Assembly: GCA_963835065.1 (NCBI GenBank)
Contig: CAWIEK010000053.1
Location: 1-64,000, forward strand
Length of the DNA: 64,000 nucleotides
Source: an uncultured Chthonomonadaceae bacterium
GTDB lineage: Bacteria > Armatimonadota > Chthonomonadetes > Chthonomonadales > Chthonomonadaceae
Reading direction: 5' to 3'
Each line of letters starts with the position of its first letter. The first letter of the stretch is position 1. The notes beneath the pieces are model-generated. The model was not told where the DNA came from, made no database searches, and worked only from the letters and a program-made list of their open reading frames with translations. This document shows positions 40,079 through 49,395 of the stretch, piece after piece. A program made the translations under genes and the position numbers.

Positions 40079-40342
40079 GTTGGCATGTCATCCTTACGAG
40101 ACGTGGCGAACCTGGAAGCCGCCGTAAAGCCTATTTATCGCGGGCGATCAAAGCTGACAGTGACTTGCGCAGTAAGAAGTTCCTCGTGCCTGAATTATAC
40201 CGCAGTTGCAGAAGCGAATGGAAACGAAGGCTATGATTTATGCCTACAGAGGGGTAACTCAGGCAAACGGAACAAGCGTCTACGCGAAAAGCGGCACTCA
40301 GAATGAAGCACAAAAGGATGCTTCTCTTTACCGCCCTTTATA

Positions 40343-40351
40343 TGTTATAAT
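40343..40351 (+). promoter_or_regulatory. Extended -10 promoter (TGtTATAAT) of mreBCD
   Basis: Exact TGnTATAAT about 40 nt before the mreB ATG; AGGAG RBS. Confidence 0.65.
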
Positions 40352-40389
40352 TGGGCGTCTATGAGCCGTTTAGGAGAAGCCAAAATTTC

Positions 40390-41433
40390 ATGAATATCAT
40401 ACGCGGCCTGCTGGGGCGCTACAATCGCGATATGGGCATTGACCTCGGCACCGCTAACACCCTGGTTCACGTGCGTGGACGAGGGATATTACTGCGCGAA
40501 CCCTCGGTTGTCGCTATCGAAAAGGACAACCATTCCAAAGTGCTGGCGGTGGGCGAAGAAGCCAAGCGGATGCTTGGGCGCACACCCGGCAGCATCATCG
40601 CCATTCGGCCCCTGCGCGACGGCGTGATTGCCGATTTTGAGCAGACTGAAGCCATGATACGCCGCTTCATTGAAAAGGTGCATCGGCGCAATTACATGCT
40701 TGCGCCGCGTATCGTCGTGGGTGTCCCTTCCGGCGTGACGGAAGTGGAAGAGCGGGCCGTCATGGAAGCCACGCGCAAGGCGGGCGCGAAGGAAGCGTAT
40801 ACCATTGAAGAGCCGATGGCAGCCGCGATTGGCGCGGGCCTGCCCGTTTCGGAGCCAACCGGTTCAATGATCGTGGACATTGGCGGCGGCACGACGGAAG
40901 TGGCGGTTATTTCCCTGGGCGGCATTGTCACGAGCCGCTCGATTCGCATTGCCGGGGATGAAATAGACGAGGCCATTGTTAATTATGTTCGGCGCACGTA
41001 CAACCTGTACATCGGCGACCGCACGGCGGAACAGGCCAAGTTTGAAGTCGGCTCCGCGTACCCCATCGGCCCGGAACGAACCATGAACGTGCGCGGGCGC
41101 GACCTGATTTCCGGCCTGCCGCGCAGCACGACAATCACGAGCAGCGAAATCCGCGAAGCCATTCAGGATCCCATCAACAGCATCGTGGAAGCGGTGAAGG
41201 TGACGCTGGAAGGGACGCCGCCCGAACTCGCGGCGGACATTTACGAGCGCGGCATTATTCTGGCCGGCGGCGGAGCCTTGCTTGAAGGGCTGGACCACCT
41301 GCTGGCACGCGAAACCTCCATGCCCGTCCACATCGCCACCGACCCGCTTTCCTGCGTCGTCCTGGGAACCGGCAAGGTGCTGGAAGAGATTGATACCAAC
41401 GCGATGCTGCGTAAAGTGCTGAAAAGCCGTTAA
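40390..41433 (+). CDS. mreB: Rod shape-determining protein MreB
   Basis: [57 protein letters not shown]. Confidence 0.98.
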   Translation: MNIIRGLLGRYNRDMGIDLGTANTLVHVRGRGILLREPSVVAIEKDNHSKVLAVGEEAKRMLGRTPGSIIAIRPLRDGVIADFEQTEAMIRRFIEKVHRRNYMLAPRIVVGVPSGVTEVEERAVMEATRKAGAKEAYTIEEPMAAAIGAGLPVSEPTGSMIVDIGGGTTEVAVISLGGIVTSRSIRIAGDEIDEAIVNYVRRTYNLYIGDRTAEQAKFEVGSAYPIGPERTMNVRGRDLISGLPRSTTITSSEIREAIQDPINSIVEAVKVTLEGTPPELAADIYERGIILAGGGALLEGLDHLLARETSMPVHIATDPLSCVVLGTGKVLEEIDTNAMLRKVLKSR

Positions 41434-41437
41434 GAGC

Positions 41438-41568
41438 AAGGATGAAGGATGAAGGATGAAGGATGAAAACTCCTTTTCCTTCATGTTTTGTGCGAGCGCG
41501 TAAGTCTTGAATGACGTGTGGAGAAGCAGGCATTGCCTTCATCCTTCATCCTTCATCCTTCATCCTTT
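41438..41568. repeat. Inverted pair of AAGGATG / CATCCTT heptamer arrays between mreB and mreC
   Basis: AAGGATG x4 ... CCTTCAT x4, ending directly at the mreC RBS. Confidence 0.9.
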
Positions 41569-41579
41569 CAGGAGTTTCC

Positions 41580-42446
41580 ATGCGCGCGCAAAAAGCGCCA
41601 CACGCCCGGCGGTATTGGGCGGCTTTGCTGTTTTTGATGACGGGAACCCTGGCGGGCGCGTGGCACAATCGCGCGACTGACCGGGGCAAACCGGATGCCG
41701 TCAGCGGCGCGGTACGCATGGGCGTGGCTCCCCCGGCGCGGGCGGCGGGCGGCGTATCGCGCTGGTTCGGCGATCAGGCGGGATGGCTGCTGCATGGCCG
41801 CTCGCTAGAAGCGGAAAACCGGAGACTGCGAACGCGCGTGGAAGAACTGGAAGGGCAGACGGCGGAACTGGCGGAAGCGCAGCGCGAAAACGAGCAATTG
41901 CGCGCGGATTTGAAGTTTGTGCAGGTTCAAAAACATGACCTGCTGGCGGCGGATGTGATTGCGCGGCGAGCCGACCCGAATTTTGATACCATTCTGATTT
42001 CGCGCGGCAGCCGGGATGGCGTACACGTCAACAGCATCGTCCGAACGCGCAACGGACTTGTCGGCAAGGTGTCGGAAGTGTCCCTGACAACCGCAACCGT
42101 GATTTTGCTGACCGACCCCAACGGCGGCGTGGGCGCGCGGGTGCAGCGCCCGGCTTCCAATGCGGTTGGCGTATGCAAGGGCGATTATTCCCCCCTCCTT
42201 CCCCTGCTCGATCTGGCCGGTGACGCCGACATCAAGCCAGGCGATGTTGTTGTCACGTCCGGTTTCAGCACGGTTGTTCCCGGCGGAGCGAAAAACAACC
42301 CCAACATTCTGCAAACCTACCCCAAAGGCATTCCCATCGGCGTGGTTGTTTCGGTAAAAGGAGAAGAAGGCAGTATCAGCAAAGTCGCCGTCATTCGACC
42401 GGGCGTGGATTTCGACCGCCTGGAAACGGTATTTGTGCTGCCATGA
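41580..42446 (+). CDS. mreC: Rod shape-determining protein MreC
   Basis: Coiled coil LEAENRRL/ENEQLR, ISRGSRDGV, GLVGKV, GDVVVTSG, YPKGIPIGVV; follows mreB. Confidence 0.93.
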   Translation: MRAQKAPHARRYWAALLFLMTGTLAGAWHNRATDRGKPDAVSGAVRMGVAPPARAAGGVSRWFGDQAGWLLHGRSLEAENRRLRTRVEELEGQTAELAEAQRENEQLRADLKFVQVQKHDLLAADVIARRADPNFDTILISRGSRDGVHVNSIVRTRNGLVGKVSEVSLTTATVILLTDPNGGVGARVQRPASNAVGVCKGDYSPLLPLLDLAGDADIKPGDVVVTSGFSTVVPGGAKNNPNILQTYPKGIPIGVVVSVKGEEGSISKVAVIRPGVDFDRLETVFVLP

Positions 42447-42946
42447 CGCCTGCCGCCCGACGCGCGCTTGGCCTGGGAGTGGCCGTGCTGCTGGCCGCGA
42501 TTGCGCAATCCGTTTGGGCTAATGCGGCGCGTATACACGGCGCACAGCCCGATTTCCTGACCGCGACGGCGATTGTCTGCGCCCTGTTTTGTGACGCCAA
42601 TGGCGGCGCGGGCGTGGGGTTGGTTTCCGGCCTGCTCCTCGCGTCGCTTGCCGCGCCCCCGCATGGCGGCTTTGGCAGCCTGATTGTGAGCCGCGTCCTG
42701 GTTGGATTTGGCGCGGGGTGGCTGGAAGAGCGCATTGAGCGCGACAATCCCCTGCTTGCCATCGGCCTGGTCACAGCCGGAACCGCGCTGGCCGAGTGCC
42801 TGTTCTTTTTGTTCGCGCCCCAACACTACATCAGCCATTGGGCGCGCAACATGCTGCTGACCACGCTGTACAACGCCGCGCTCGCCCTGCCCCTGTATTT
42901 TATTGTACGCTGGCTGGCGGGAGGGAGAGCGAAGGATGAAGGATAA
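42443..42946 (+). CDS. mreD: Rod shape-determining protein MreD
   Basis: Hydrophobic 167-aa ORF with GAQPDF, overlapping the mreC stop (ATGA). Confidence 0.85.
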   Translation: MTPAARRALGLGVAVLLAAIAQSVWANAARIHGAQPDFLTATAIVCALFCDANGGAGVGLVSGLLLASLAAPPHGGFGSLIVSRVLVGFGAGWLEERIERDNPLLAIGLVTAGTALAECLFFLFAPQHYISHWARNMLLTTLYNAALALPLYFIVRWLAGGRAKDEG

Positions 42947-43020
42947 TAGCGCAAGTTTACCAAGTTTATGGAATCATAACACTTTGTACTCATGTCTGGC
43001 GCGAACGAAAGAGAATAACG

Positions 43021-44256
43021 GTGTACATAGACCGATTGACAGTGGAAAATTTTCGATGTTTTGAGCAAGTCGAGATGGATTTCAATTGGCCTGACTGGCA
43101 TGGTTGGGCGGATTGGGCAAGCAAGACAGAACTACGCCTGCCCAACATAAATCTGCTCATCGGAAACAATGGAACAGGTAAGACAACTACATTTCAGGCG
43201 CTTGTCATAAGCGCGTTGCGAGTAATTTTAGGCACAAATTCTTCCGGCTTTCGGACGGACCGAATCATACGCCATACTCAGGAAACTGCTGATGTAAGCG
43301 CCAGAATAATGCGCTCGGAAATGGACAAGGGCGATGAGCCGGACAAAAGTGACATTCTCCCCGCCCTGAGTGGAGTCAAGGCAAATGCGACAATCAAACG
43401 CCAACAGAGTACGGAATTTATAGAAATGCGCGGGTCTACGCCCAAATGGGCCGACATTTTATATGATGACAAACATCCCGGTCTATTCATTGCTGCTTAC
43501 GGCGCAGGCCGTAGAACCGAGCGCCCGGAGGCTTACAATGAACGTTTACGCGCGGTTCGTTATCAACGGGTCGCTTCTCTCTTTGAGGCGCATGTTGGCT
43601 TAATTCCAGCCTCCAGAGCCTTTACACAATGCCGCGCGCATGAAAGGTGGGAAGAAGTTATCTTCCTTATAAACGAGTTGCTGCCTCTCCCTGTTCGTTT
43701 AACGGAGAAACTTGAAGATGACATTGAGCCTTTGTTCGATTACGGTGGCATACCTCTTCCGGCGAGCTACTTATCGGATGGCTATCGCTTGTTTGTTAGT
43801 TGGGTGATTGATTTGCTCACACACTTAGCGCTTGTCCTGCCCAAAAGGTACAGACTCAATGAAGCCACAGGAATAGTCATTGTTGATGAGGTTGATCTGT
43901 TCCTTGCGCCTCGGTGGCAGCGAACAGTGCTGGAATCTCTTTCGCGTACCTTTCCTGGCTTGCAATGGCTATGCAGTACACACAGCCCCCTCGTCGCCGG
44001 TTCACTTGACAATGACAACATTTATATCCTGGAACAAGACTCTTCCTATACCTCCTATGTGCGCCGTCCAACAAGCAAATTCGAGGGTAGAAGCGTGGAC
44101 GAAGTTCTAATAGAATTGTTTGATGTACAACAGCCGCGTTCGCCGCAGCTACAGCGGCAACTCAGTGACCTGGCGGAACAAGCCATGAATGGCGATTTAG
44201 ATGCTTCTTTACTCTATCTGCGCCGTCTCAATGAAGGGTCCAGACCGCTCCGATGA
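43021..44256 (+). CDS. ABC/AAA_21 ATPase, Septu PtuA-like
   Basis: VENFRCF, GNNGTGKT, YGAGRR, LSDGY, IVIVDEVD, PRWQR, STHSPLV. Confidence 0.85.
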   Translation: MYIDRLTVENFRCFEQVEMDFNWPDWHGWADWASKTELRLPNINLLIGNNGTGKTTTFQALVISALRVILGTNSSGFRTDRIIRHTQETADVSARIMRSEMDKGDEPDKSDILPALSGVKANATIKRQQSTEFIEMRGSTPKWADILYDDKHPGLFIAAYGAGRRTERPEAYNERLRAVRYQRVASLFEAHVGLIPASRAFTQCRAHERWEEVIFLINELLPLPVRLTEKLEDDIEPLFDYGGIPLPASYLSDGYRLFVSWVIDLLTHLALVLPKRYRLNEATGIVIVDEVDLFLAPRWQRTVLESLSRTFPGLQWLCSTHSPLVAGSLDNDNIYILEQDSSYTSYVRRPTSKFEGRSVDEVLIELFDVQQPRSPQLQRQLSDLAEQAMNGDLDASLLYLRRLNEGSRPLR

Positions 44257-45182
44257 TTCAATACCCTCTTGCTTTGCGAGAATTATCCCGTATTGTCAGC
44301 CGCAGGTTGCCAACAACACTCAATCAAGATGGTAAACCTCGCAAAAATGGCCGTGTCGCCTGGCGTATTCAGGCACGACAACAGACACAGCAGTTGCGAA
44401 GCCAAAGAACTTATAATCTTGATAAAGACTATGAAATTTGGCCGGAACTGAAGGATATATTTGCGGGCATACAGGGCGACAAGTGCGCTTTCTGTGAAAA
44501 GAGACTTCCTGATCATAGGAGTGGTCGCGTTGGTGGTGATATTGAGCATTACAGGCCGAAGAACGGCGTAGTGGCATGGCCTACCACGCACCCTATACCT
44601 GTGGGAAAGTCGGACACAGACTGCTACTATTTGCTTGCGTTCCATCTTCGCAATTATCTGCTTTCTTGCGGCATTTGCAATCAGGACTACAAACGTAACT
44701 ATTTTCCCATTGCAGGGCAGCGCTGCCCTGCACATTCCTGCCGTCCTCGTGATCTGCTTGCTGAACGCCCTTATCTTCTACATCCGCTGGATCCCAATGA
44801 TGAAGACCCGGAAGAATTAATTGAGTTTATAGGAATAGTCCCTGTGCCAAGAACTGCGAAGAATACGCCTTCTTATTGGCGGGCTGTAGTAACAATAGAA
44901 CTGCTTGGACTGACTGGCGGCAATCGCTTCGACTTAGATTTAGAGCGCGCAACAACAATTGTTTGTCTAAGCTTGGCACTAAAACTTCAAGCCAGCAAAG
45001 GAAACGATCCAGACGTCGTATTTACACTCAACGGATTAACAAACGACTCTCTGCCACATCGCAATTGCGCTCGTAGCTTCAAAAGACTGTATGATAGTGA
45101 TCCCATCCTGGCTGCGCATGTCGCCCGGGAAGCCCTAAAAATTGTAGATGACGATCAGCGTCGCAGACGTCGGGTAAATTGA
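44253..45182 (+). CDS. HNH endonuclease, Septu PtuB-like
   Basis: KCAFCE, DIEHYRPK, NYLLSCGICNQDYKRNYFP, LLHPLD..DP; ATGA overlap with the ATPase. Confidence 0.85.
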   Translation: MIQYPLALRELSRIVSRRLPTTLNQDGKPRKNGRVAWRIQARQQTQQLRSQRTYNLDKDYEIWPELKDIFAGIQGDKCAFCEKRLPDHRSGRVGGDIEHYRPKNGVVAWPTTHPIPVGKSDTDCYYLLAFHLRNYLLSCGICNQDYKRNYFPIAGQRCPAHSCRPRDLLAERPYLLHPLDPNDEDPEELIEFIGIVPVPRTAKNTPSYWRAVVTIELLGLTGGNRFDLDLERATTIVCLSLALKLQASKGNDPDVVFTLNGLTNDSLPHRNCARSFKRLYDSDPILAAHVAREALKIVDDDQRRRRRVN

Positions 45183-45188
45183 AATACT

Positions 45189-46521
45189 ATGAACGATACG
45201 GAAGCATTGAAGAATTATGTGCGGGCGGAAGATGGGGCGCTGCAATGGACGCTGCGCGGCGCGTCCCAACATGTGTACGCCACTATTTATGAGTTCGCGC
45301 TGACTTCGCAAATCTGGCAGGGACGCGCCTGGACGCACCGCCTGCAATTGTTCGTGCCGCATACGCCCCATGCGACGAAGCCTGACTCCGACATGCCTAT
45401 GGTGGTAAATTCGGCGGCGGACGCGGTTTTGCTGTACATCACCACGCAGGGCGGCAGCGCGGAAACCGAATTGGGCGTACAGGCGTGCGCGGCAACGGGC
45501 ATCGCCTGCGCTTTTTTGTACGATGTGCCCAACCAGCCGCTGTTTGAGGGCTTGATGGAAGATGCGCTGATTGCCCATACGTTTGTTCGCTATCTGGAAA
45601 CGGAGGACGCGACATGGCCCCTGCTGTTCCCGATGGTGAAAAGCGTAACGCGGGCAATGGACGCTTTGCAGGCGTTCAGCAGGGAAGCGTCCAACGCCAA
45701 AACGGTTCCCAATACGGCAAACGCAACCGTGCAGAATACTGCTCTTGTTCCCTTCACGCGCTTCCTGATTACGGGAGCCTCCAAACGGGGCTGGACCTCG
45801 TGGCTGACGGCTGTTGCCGAAGCGGAAACCGGGCGCGTGGCGGCGATTGCGCCGATGGTCTATGACAATCTCAACCTCCTGGCGCAGATGCCGCACCAAC
45901 GGGAAGTTACGGGCGGGTACAGCGCGTCCATCCACGATTATACCGAGCTGGACTTGCAGGCGCGCATGGCAACGCCCGAAGGCGCGCAATTGGCGCAAAT
46001 GGTGGACCCGTATACTTACCTTGACCGCCTGACGCTGCCCAAATTGATTATCAACGGCGCGAACGACTCCGTACTGGATGACCGATGCGCTCAATCTCTA
46101 CTGGCCCGCCCTGCCCGCGCCCAAGCACGTTTTGTACGCGCCGAACACGGGCCACTTTTTGGGCGATACCGCCCGCGTGTATGCCACGCTCGTCGCCTTC
46201 GTGCGCGCGGTTGTGGCCGACGACGCCCTGCCCGCGCCCGTTCTGAACGTGACGGCGACGGAGAGTTTTGTTACCATCAACGCCGGAAACATAACCGAAG
46301 ATGTGCGTCTTTGGGTTGCTTATTCCGCTTCCCGCGATTTTCGGGGCGCGTTCTGGAAATCGCCAACACATACGCCACGTGGCAAAGGGGAGGTATGGAC
46401 AACGACGGTTCGCAAACCTTCCGATGGTTTCATGGCGCTATTCGGCGAATTCGGCTTTGTGTATGACGGCTTGCCGTACACGCTTTCCACGCCAATAAAT
46501 ATTTTTTCCGATGCAGCTTAA
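45189..46521 (+). CDS. PqaA-type (PhoPQ-activated pathogenicity-related) alpha/beta hydrolase; indel at ~46070
   Basis: LTSQIWQ, VPNQPL, EDALIA, WPLLFPMVKS, GASKRGWTSWL, VDPYTY, then YAPNTGH in the next frame. Confidence 0.85.
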
Positions 46522-46626
46522 AATGCGCAAAAATACAGAGGAAAGCGCCGGTCAACATGCGAATATACCTGCGAAGTAGTAGACACAAGAGAGTAGACAC
46601 AAATTCAAAACAGGAGAAAACCCACT

Positions 46627-47097
46627 ATGTCGAACACGATGCAGGAATTCCTTGCCACCGCCACGCAAAAACAGGCGGAGAACTTGATTGCCGCGTACCT
46701 GCGCCTGCCCGAAGACAAGCGCGGCTGGAAGCCCGACGAGAAAGCCCGCTCCGCGTCCAACCAGTTCGCGGAGTGCGCGCTGCTCGCAGGCTACACCGCC
46801 GCGCTGCTCGAAACGCGCCAGATGCCGGCGGACGACAACATGATGGCAACGTTTTTCCGCGATATGGCCGCAACTGAAGCCCTGCCCTGGGATGAGCTTC
46901 ACGCGCGCCTGCTGGAAAACACGCAGAAAGTCGCCGCCGCCATTCGCGCCATGCCCGATGACGCGCTTGCCATCGAAATCCACATGCCCTGGGGCGTACA
47001 AACACTGGGGGCAATTCTGGCGTATCCCAACTGGAACATGACGTACCACGAAGGCCAGATCAATTACATCGCTTCGATGCTGGGCTGTCTGCCATAA
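46627..47097 (+). CDS. DinB-family protein
   Basis: WKP...RS, terminal YHEGQINYI; AGGAG RBS. Confidence 0.8.
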   Translation: MSNTMQEFLATATQKQAENLIAAYLRLPEDKRGWKPDEKARSASNQFAECALLAGYTAALLETRQMPADDNMMATFFRDMAATEALPWDELHARLLENTQKVAAAIRAMPDDALAIEIHMPWGVQTLGAILAYPNWNMTYHEGQINYIASMLGCLP

Positions 47098-47102
47098 ATT
47101 GG

Positions 47103-47222
47103 GCGTTCAGGTGTTCAGGTGTTCGGGTATTCAGGTGTTGAACTCATAGCTTTGCTGCGATGAACCAACCGTCTGTACTTTTGTATTTCCTGAATACCGA
47201 ACACCTGAACACCTGAATACCG
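47103..47222. repeat. Inverted pair of octamer arrays (GGTGTTCA / TGAACACC)
   Basis: GCGTTCAGGTGTTCAGGTGTTCGGGTATTCAGGTGTTG ... CCTGAATACCGAACACCTGAACACCTGAATACC. Confidence 0.88.
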
Positions 47223-47264
47223 ATTCAATGCCAACATCACAAGGAAGTGATTCAGGAAAATTAT

Positions 47265-48458
47265 ATGCCAATCATTGACGTGCCTATTCCGCAGATGGGC
47301 GAGGGTTTGCAGGAAGTCATTATCCAGAAGTTTTTGAAGCAGCCGGGCGATTTTGTCCGGCGGGATGAACTGCTGTATAATATGGAGACGGACAAAGCCG
47401 TCATGGAAGTGGAGTCGCCGCATGAGGGCGTTTTGCAGGCGTGGTTAGGCGAAGAGGGCGCGGTCATGCCCATCGGCGCGGCGATTGCCCGCATGGAAGT
47501 GACGGAAGCCGAAACAAACGCCGACGCCGCTATGCTGCCGACGCATATTTTCCCGGCTTCGGAGCAGCCTGCCGTTCGGAATGGGGCCGACCTGGTGATT
47601 CCGCCCCGCACCCGCGCCTATTGCCGTGAAAAGAGCATTGAAGAAGACGAAATGCGGCAAATTCCTGCCGTCACCGGCAAACTGCTGCCGTCCGATGTAG
47701 ACGCTTACCTGGCGAAGCGCGAAGCCGGGGAAGCGCAAACCGAAACCGAAGCCGTAAGCGAACCTGTACTCCCTTATGCCGAACGTTCGCTTACGGCGCA
47801 GCAGCGGACATTCATCTATCGCATCAAGCGCAGCGCGCAAATCGTCGTGCCCGCCACCGCCAAACGCTCCATCGAGTGGGGCAGCCTGCGCCAATTGGCC
47901 GAGCGCCTGCGCGGACAGAACCCGAATTTGCAGCCGTCCTCGTTCCAGATTTTCGCGTTTTGCGTGGCGCAGGTGATTAAGGCGCATCCCAAGTTTCGCT
48001 CTACGCTTGTCGGCGAAACGGTTCAGCGCGAGTACGAGCATGTGAATTTAGGGATTGCGGTAGGGCTGCCGCACGGCGAATTAACGATCGCTACCGTGCC
48101 GGATGCGGATACCCTAGATTTCACAGCCTTCGTGCAGACCGCGCAGGCCAACATCCACCGGGCGCGCGAGGGCGAGGATCAGGCCAGCGATACCACGCAG
48201 TTCTTGCTCACCTACATGGGACCGTATGAACTCACGGACGCCATCCCCGTGCTTGTCGCGCCCGCCGTCGCTGTCTTATTTATCGGTTCCACGTTCGAGC
48301 AGGGCGGCGAAACGGTTGCCAACCTCGCGCTCACGTTCGACCACCGCTTGATACAGGGCATCGAAGCGGCGGAATTTTTACGCGCCATCGTGCAGCAGTG
48401 CCGGAGTGTAGAAGAGTTGATACGCGGTGAGGGGGAAAGCGAAAAAACCGTATCCTGA
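47265..48458 (+). CDS. 2-oxoacid dehydrogenase E2-like acyltransferase with lipoyl domain
   Basis: PQMGEG, METDKAVMEVESP, HVNLGIAV, LTFDHRLIQG. Confidence 0.88.
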   Translation: MPIIDVPIPQMGEGLQEVIIQKFLKQPGDFVRRDELLYNMETDKAVMEVESPHEGVLQAWLGEEGAVMPIGAAIARMEVTEAETNADAAMLPTHIFPASEQPAVRNGADLVIPPRTRAYCREKSIEEDEMRQIPAVTGKLLPSDVDAYLAKREAGEAQTETEAVSEPVLPYAERSLTAQQRTFIYRIKRSAQIVVPATAKRSIEWGSLRQLAERLRGQNPNLQPSSFQIFAFCVAQVIKAHPKFRSTLVGETVQREYEHVNLGIAVGLPHGELTIATVPDADTLDFTAFVQTAQANIHRAREGEDQASDTTQFLLTYMGPYELTDAIPVLVAPAVAVLFIGSTFEQGGETVANLALTFDHRLIQGIEAAEFLRAIVQQCRSVEELIRGEGESEKTVS

Positions 48459-48564
48459 CGTATATTTACCGCAGGAACAGATTGGACAGACACGCTTGCC
48501 ATTGCTTTGATGCCCGTTAATCCGCGTTCTCCCTCCACAAAATAGCGTTTTGGTTTCGGCTTTC

Positions 48565-49161
48565 TTACACCGGCGGAAACAAGTCGGCAACGCGAATGGC
48601 GGTTTCAGGACGGTCAGCAATGAAAACTATTGCTTCCGGGTCATGCATGGTCACATCTGCGTAACCGTCCGGTGTGGGCGAGCGGTGAATATGAATTTGG
48701 CGTTCCGCAATGTCCATAACCCAGTATTCGCGGATGCCGACGCGGGCGTAAAGCAGGGCTTTCGTTGTCAGATCGAAACGGCGCGTGATATCCGACACTT
48801 CCACGACAAGCAACAGATCAGCGGGGCCGGGATGCGCGTTGATATAGGCGGTTGTCGGTTCGAGAGTGACGGCAACATCGGGTTCCGGTTCCGTCGTTTC
48901 GCCTTCTTCGCCGGGAATGGCAATCGGGTCTTCTGTTTGCACACGGAGAGCGCCAAAAAGGGCATTGAGCCACTCCGCCAGTAATCTGATAACAATACGA
49001 TGCGGCGGTTTCTGTCCCATTTTGGAAATAATCTCCCCGTCAATCAGTTCGTAGCGCCCGACAAGTTCCCCGATTTCGACGAGGCGTTCGCATTGCTGGC
49101 GCGTCCAGCGTCTGCGGTTAGGAAAGATTTCGTTGTCAGGGGCGATCAGCGCGCTTGTCAT
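48565..49161 (-). CDS. Uma2-family endonuclease-like protein
   Basis: YELIDGEIISKMGQ, EPEPDVAV, VVEVSD, KALLYARVGIREYWV. Confidence 0.92.
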   Translation of the reverse strand: MTSALIAPDNEIFPNRRRWTRQQCERLVEIGELVGRYELIDGEIISKMGQKPPHRIVIRLLAEWLNALFGALRVQTEDPIAIPGEEGETTEPEPDVAVTLEPTTAYINAHPGPADLLLVVEVSDITRRFDLTTKALLYARVGIREYWVMDIAERQIHIHRSPTPDGYADVTMHDPEAIVFIADRPETAIRVADLFPPV

Positions 49162-49395
49162 ACCGTTCCTTTCGGCTTTGTGTCACAGCATTACGCATAG
49201 CAACAAACGTTACCTGCATGGAAGCAAGTGGGCGATGCCCTCCCATAGTTCGGGTGCTTCCAGCGCATCGGCCAAATTTCTAACCCATGTTTCGATTCGC
49301 TTATCTGCCACCATGATACATCTATTATAGCGCAGATTCGCTGACAAGAGCGGGCTTTTGTCGTTTTATTATTTCGTTTCGTGTATACTGATATC

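Noticed and set aside
38507..40306. Long antisense ORFs (e.g. 38507..40306, 30111..31337, 17908..19281)
   Set aside because: Shadow frames opposite well-supported genes in GC-rich DNA, with no motifs.
41511..41580. N-terminal extensions such as FILHPSSFIL, SSLIIHRSS or LSTINYQL on ORF calls
   Set aside because: Translations of intergenic heptamer arrays upstream of the true RBS/ATG.
43021..45182. Retron (Ec78-type) system
   Set aside because: No reverse transcriptase ORF or msr-msd region next to the ATPase/HNH pair.
49211..49315. 34-aa minus-strand ORF (MVADKRIETW...) with TATAAT upstream
   Set aside because: Too short to support; may be a gene remnant ahead of the Uma2 gene.
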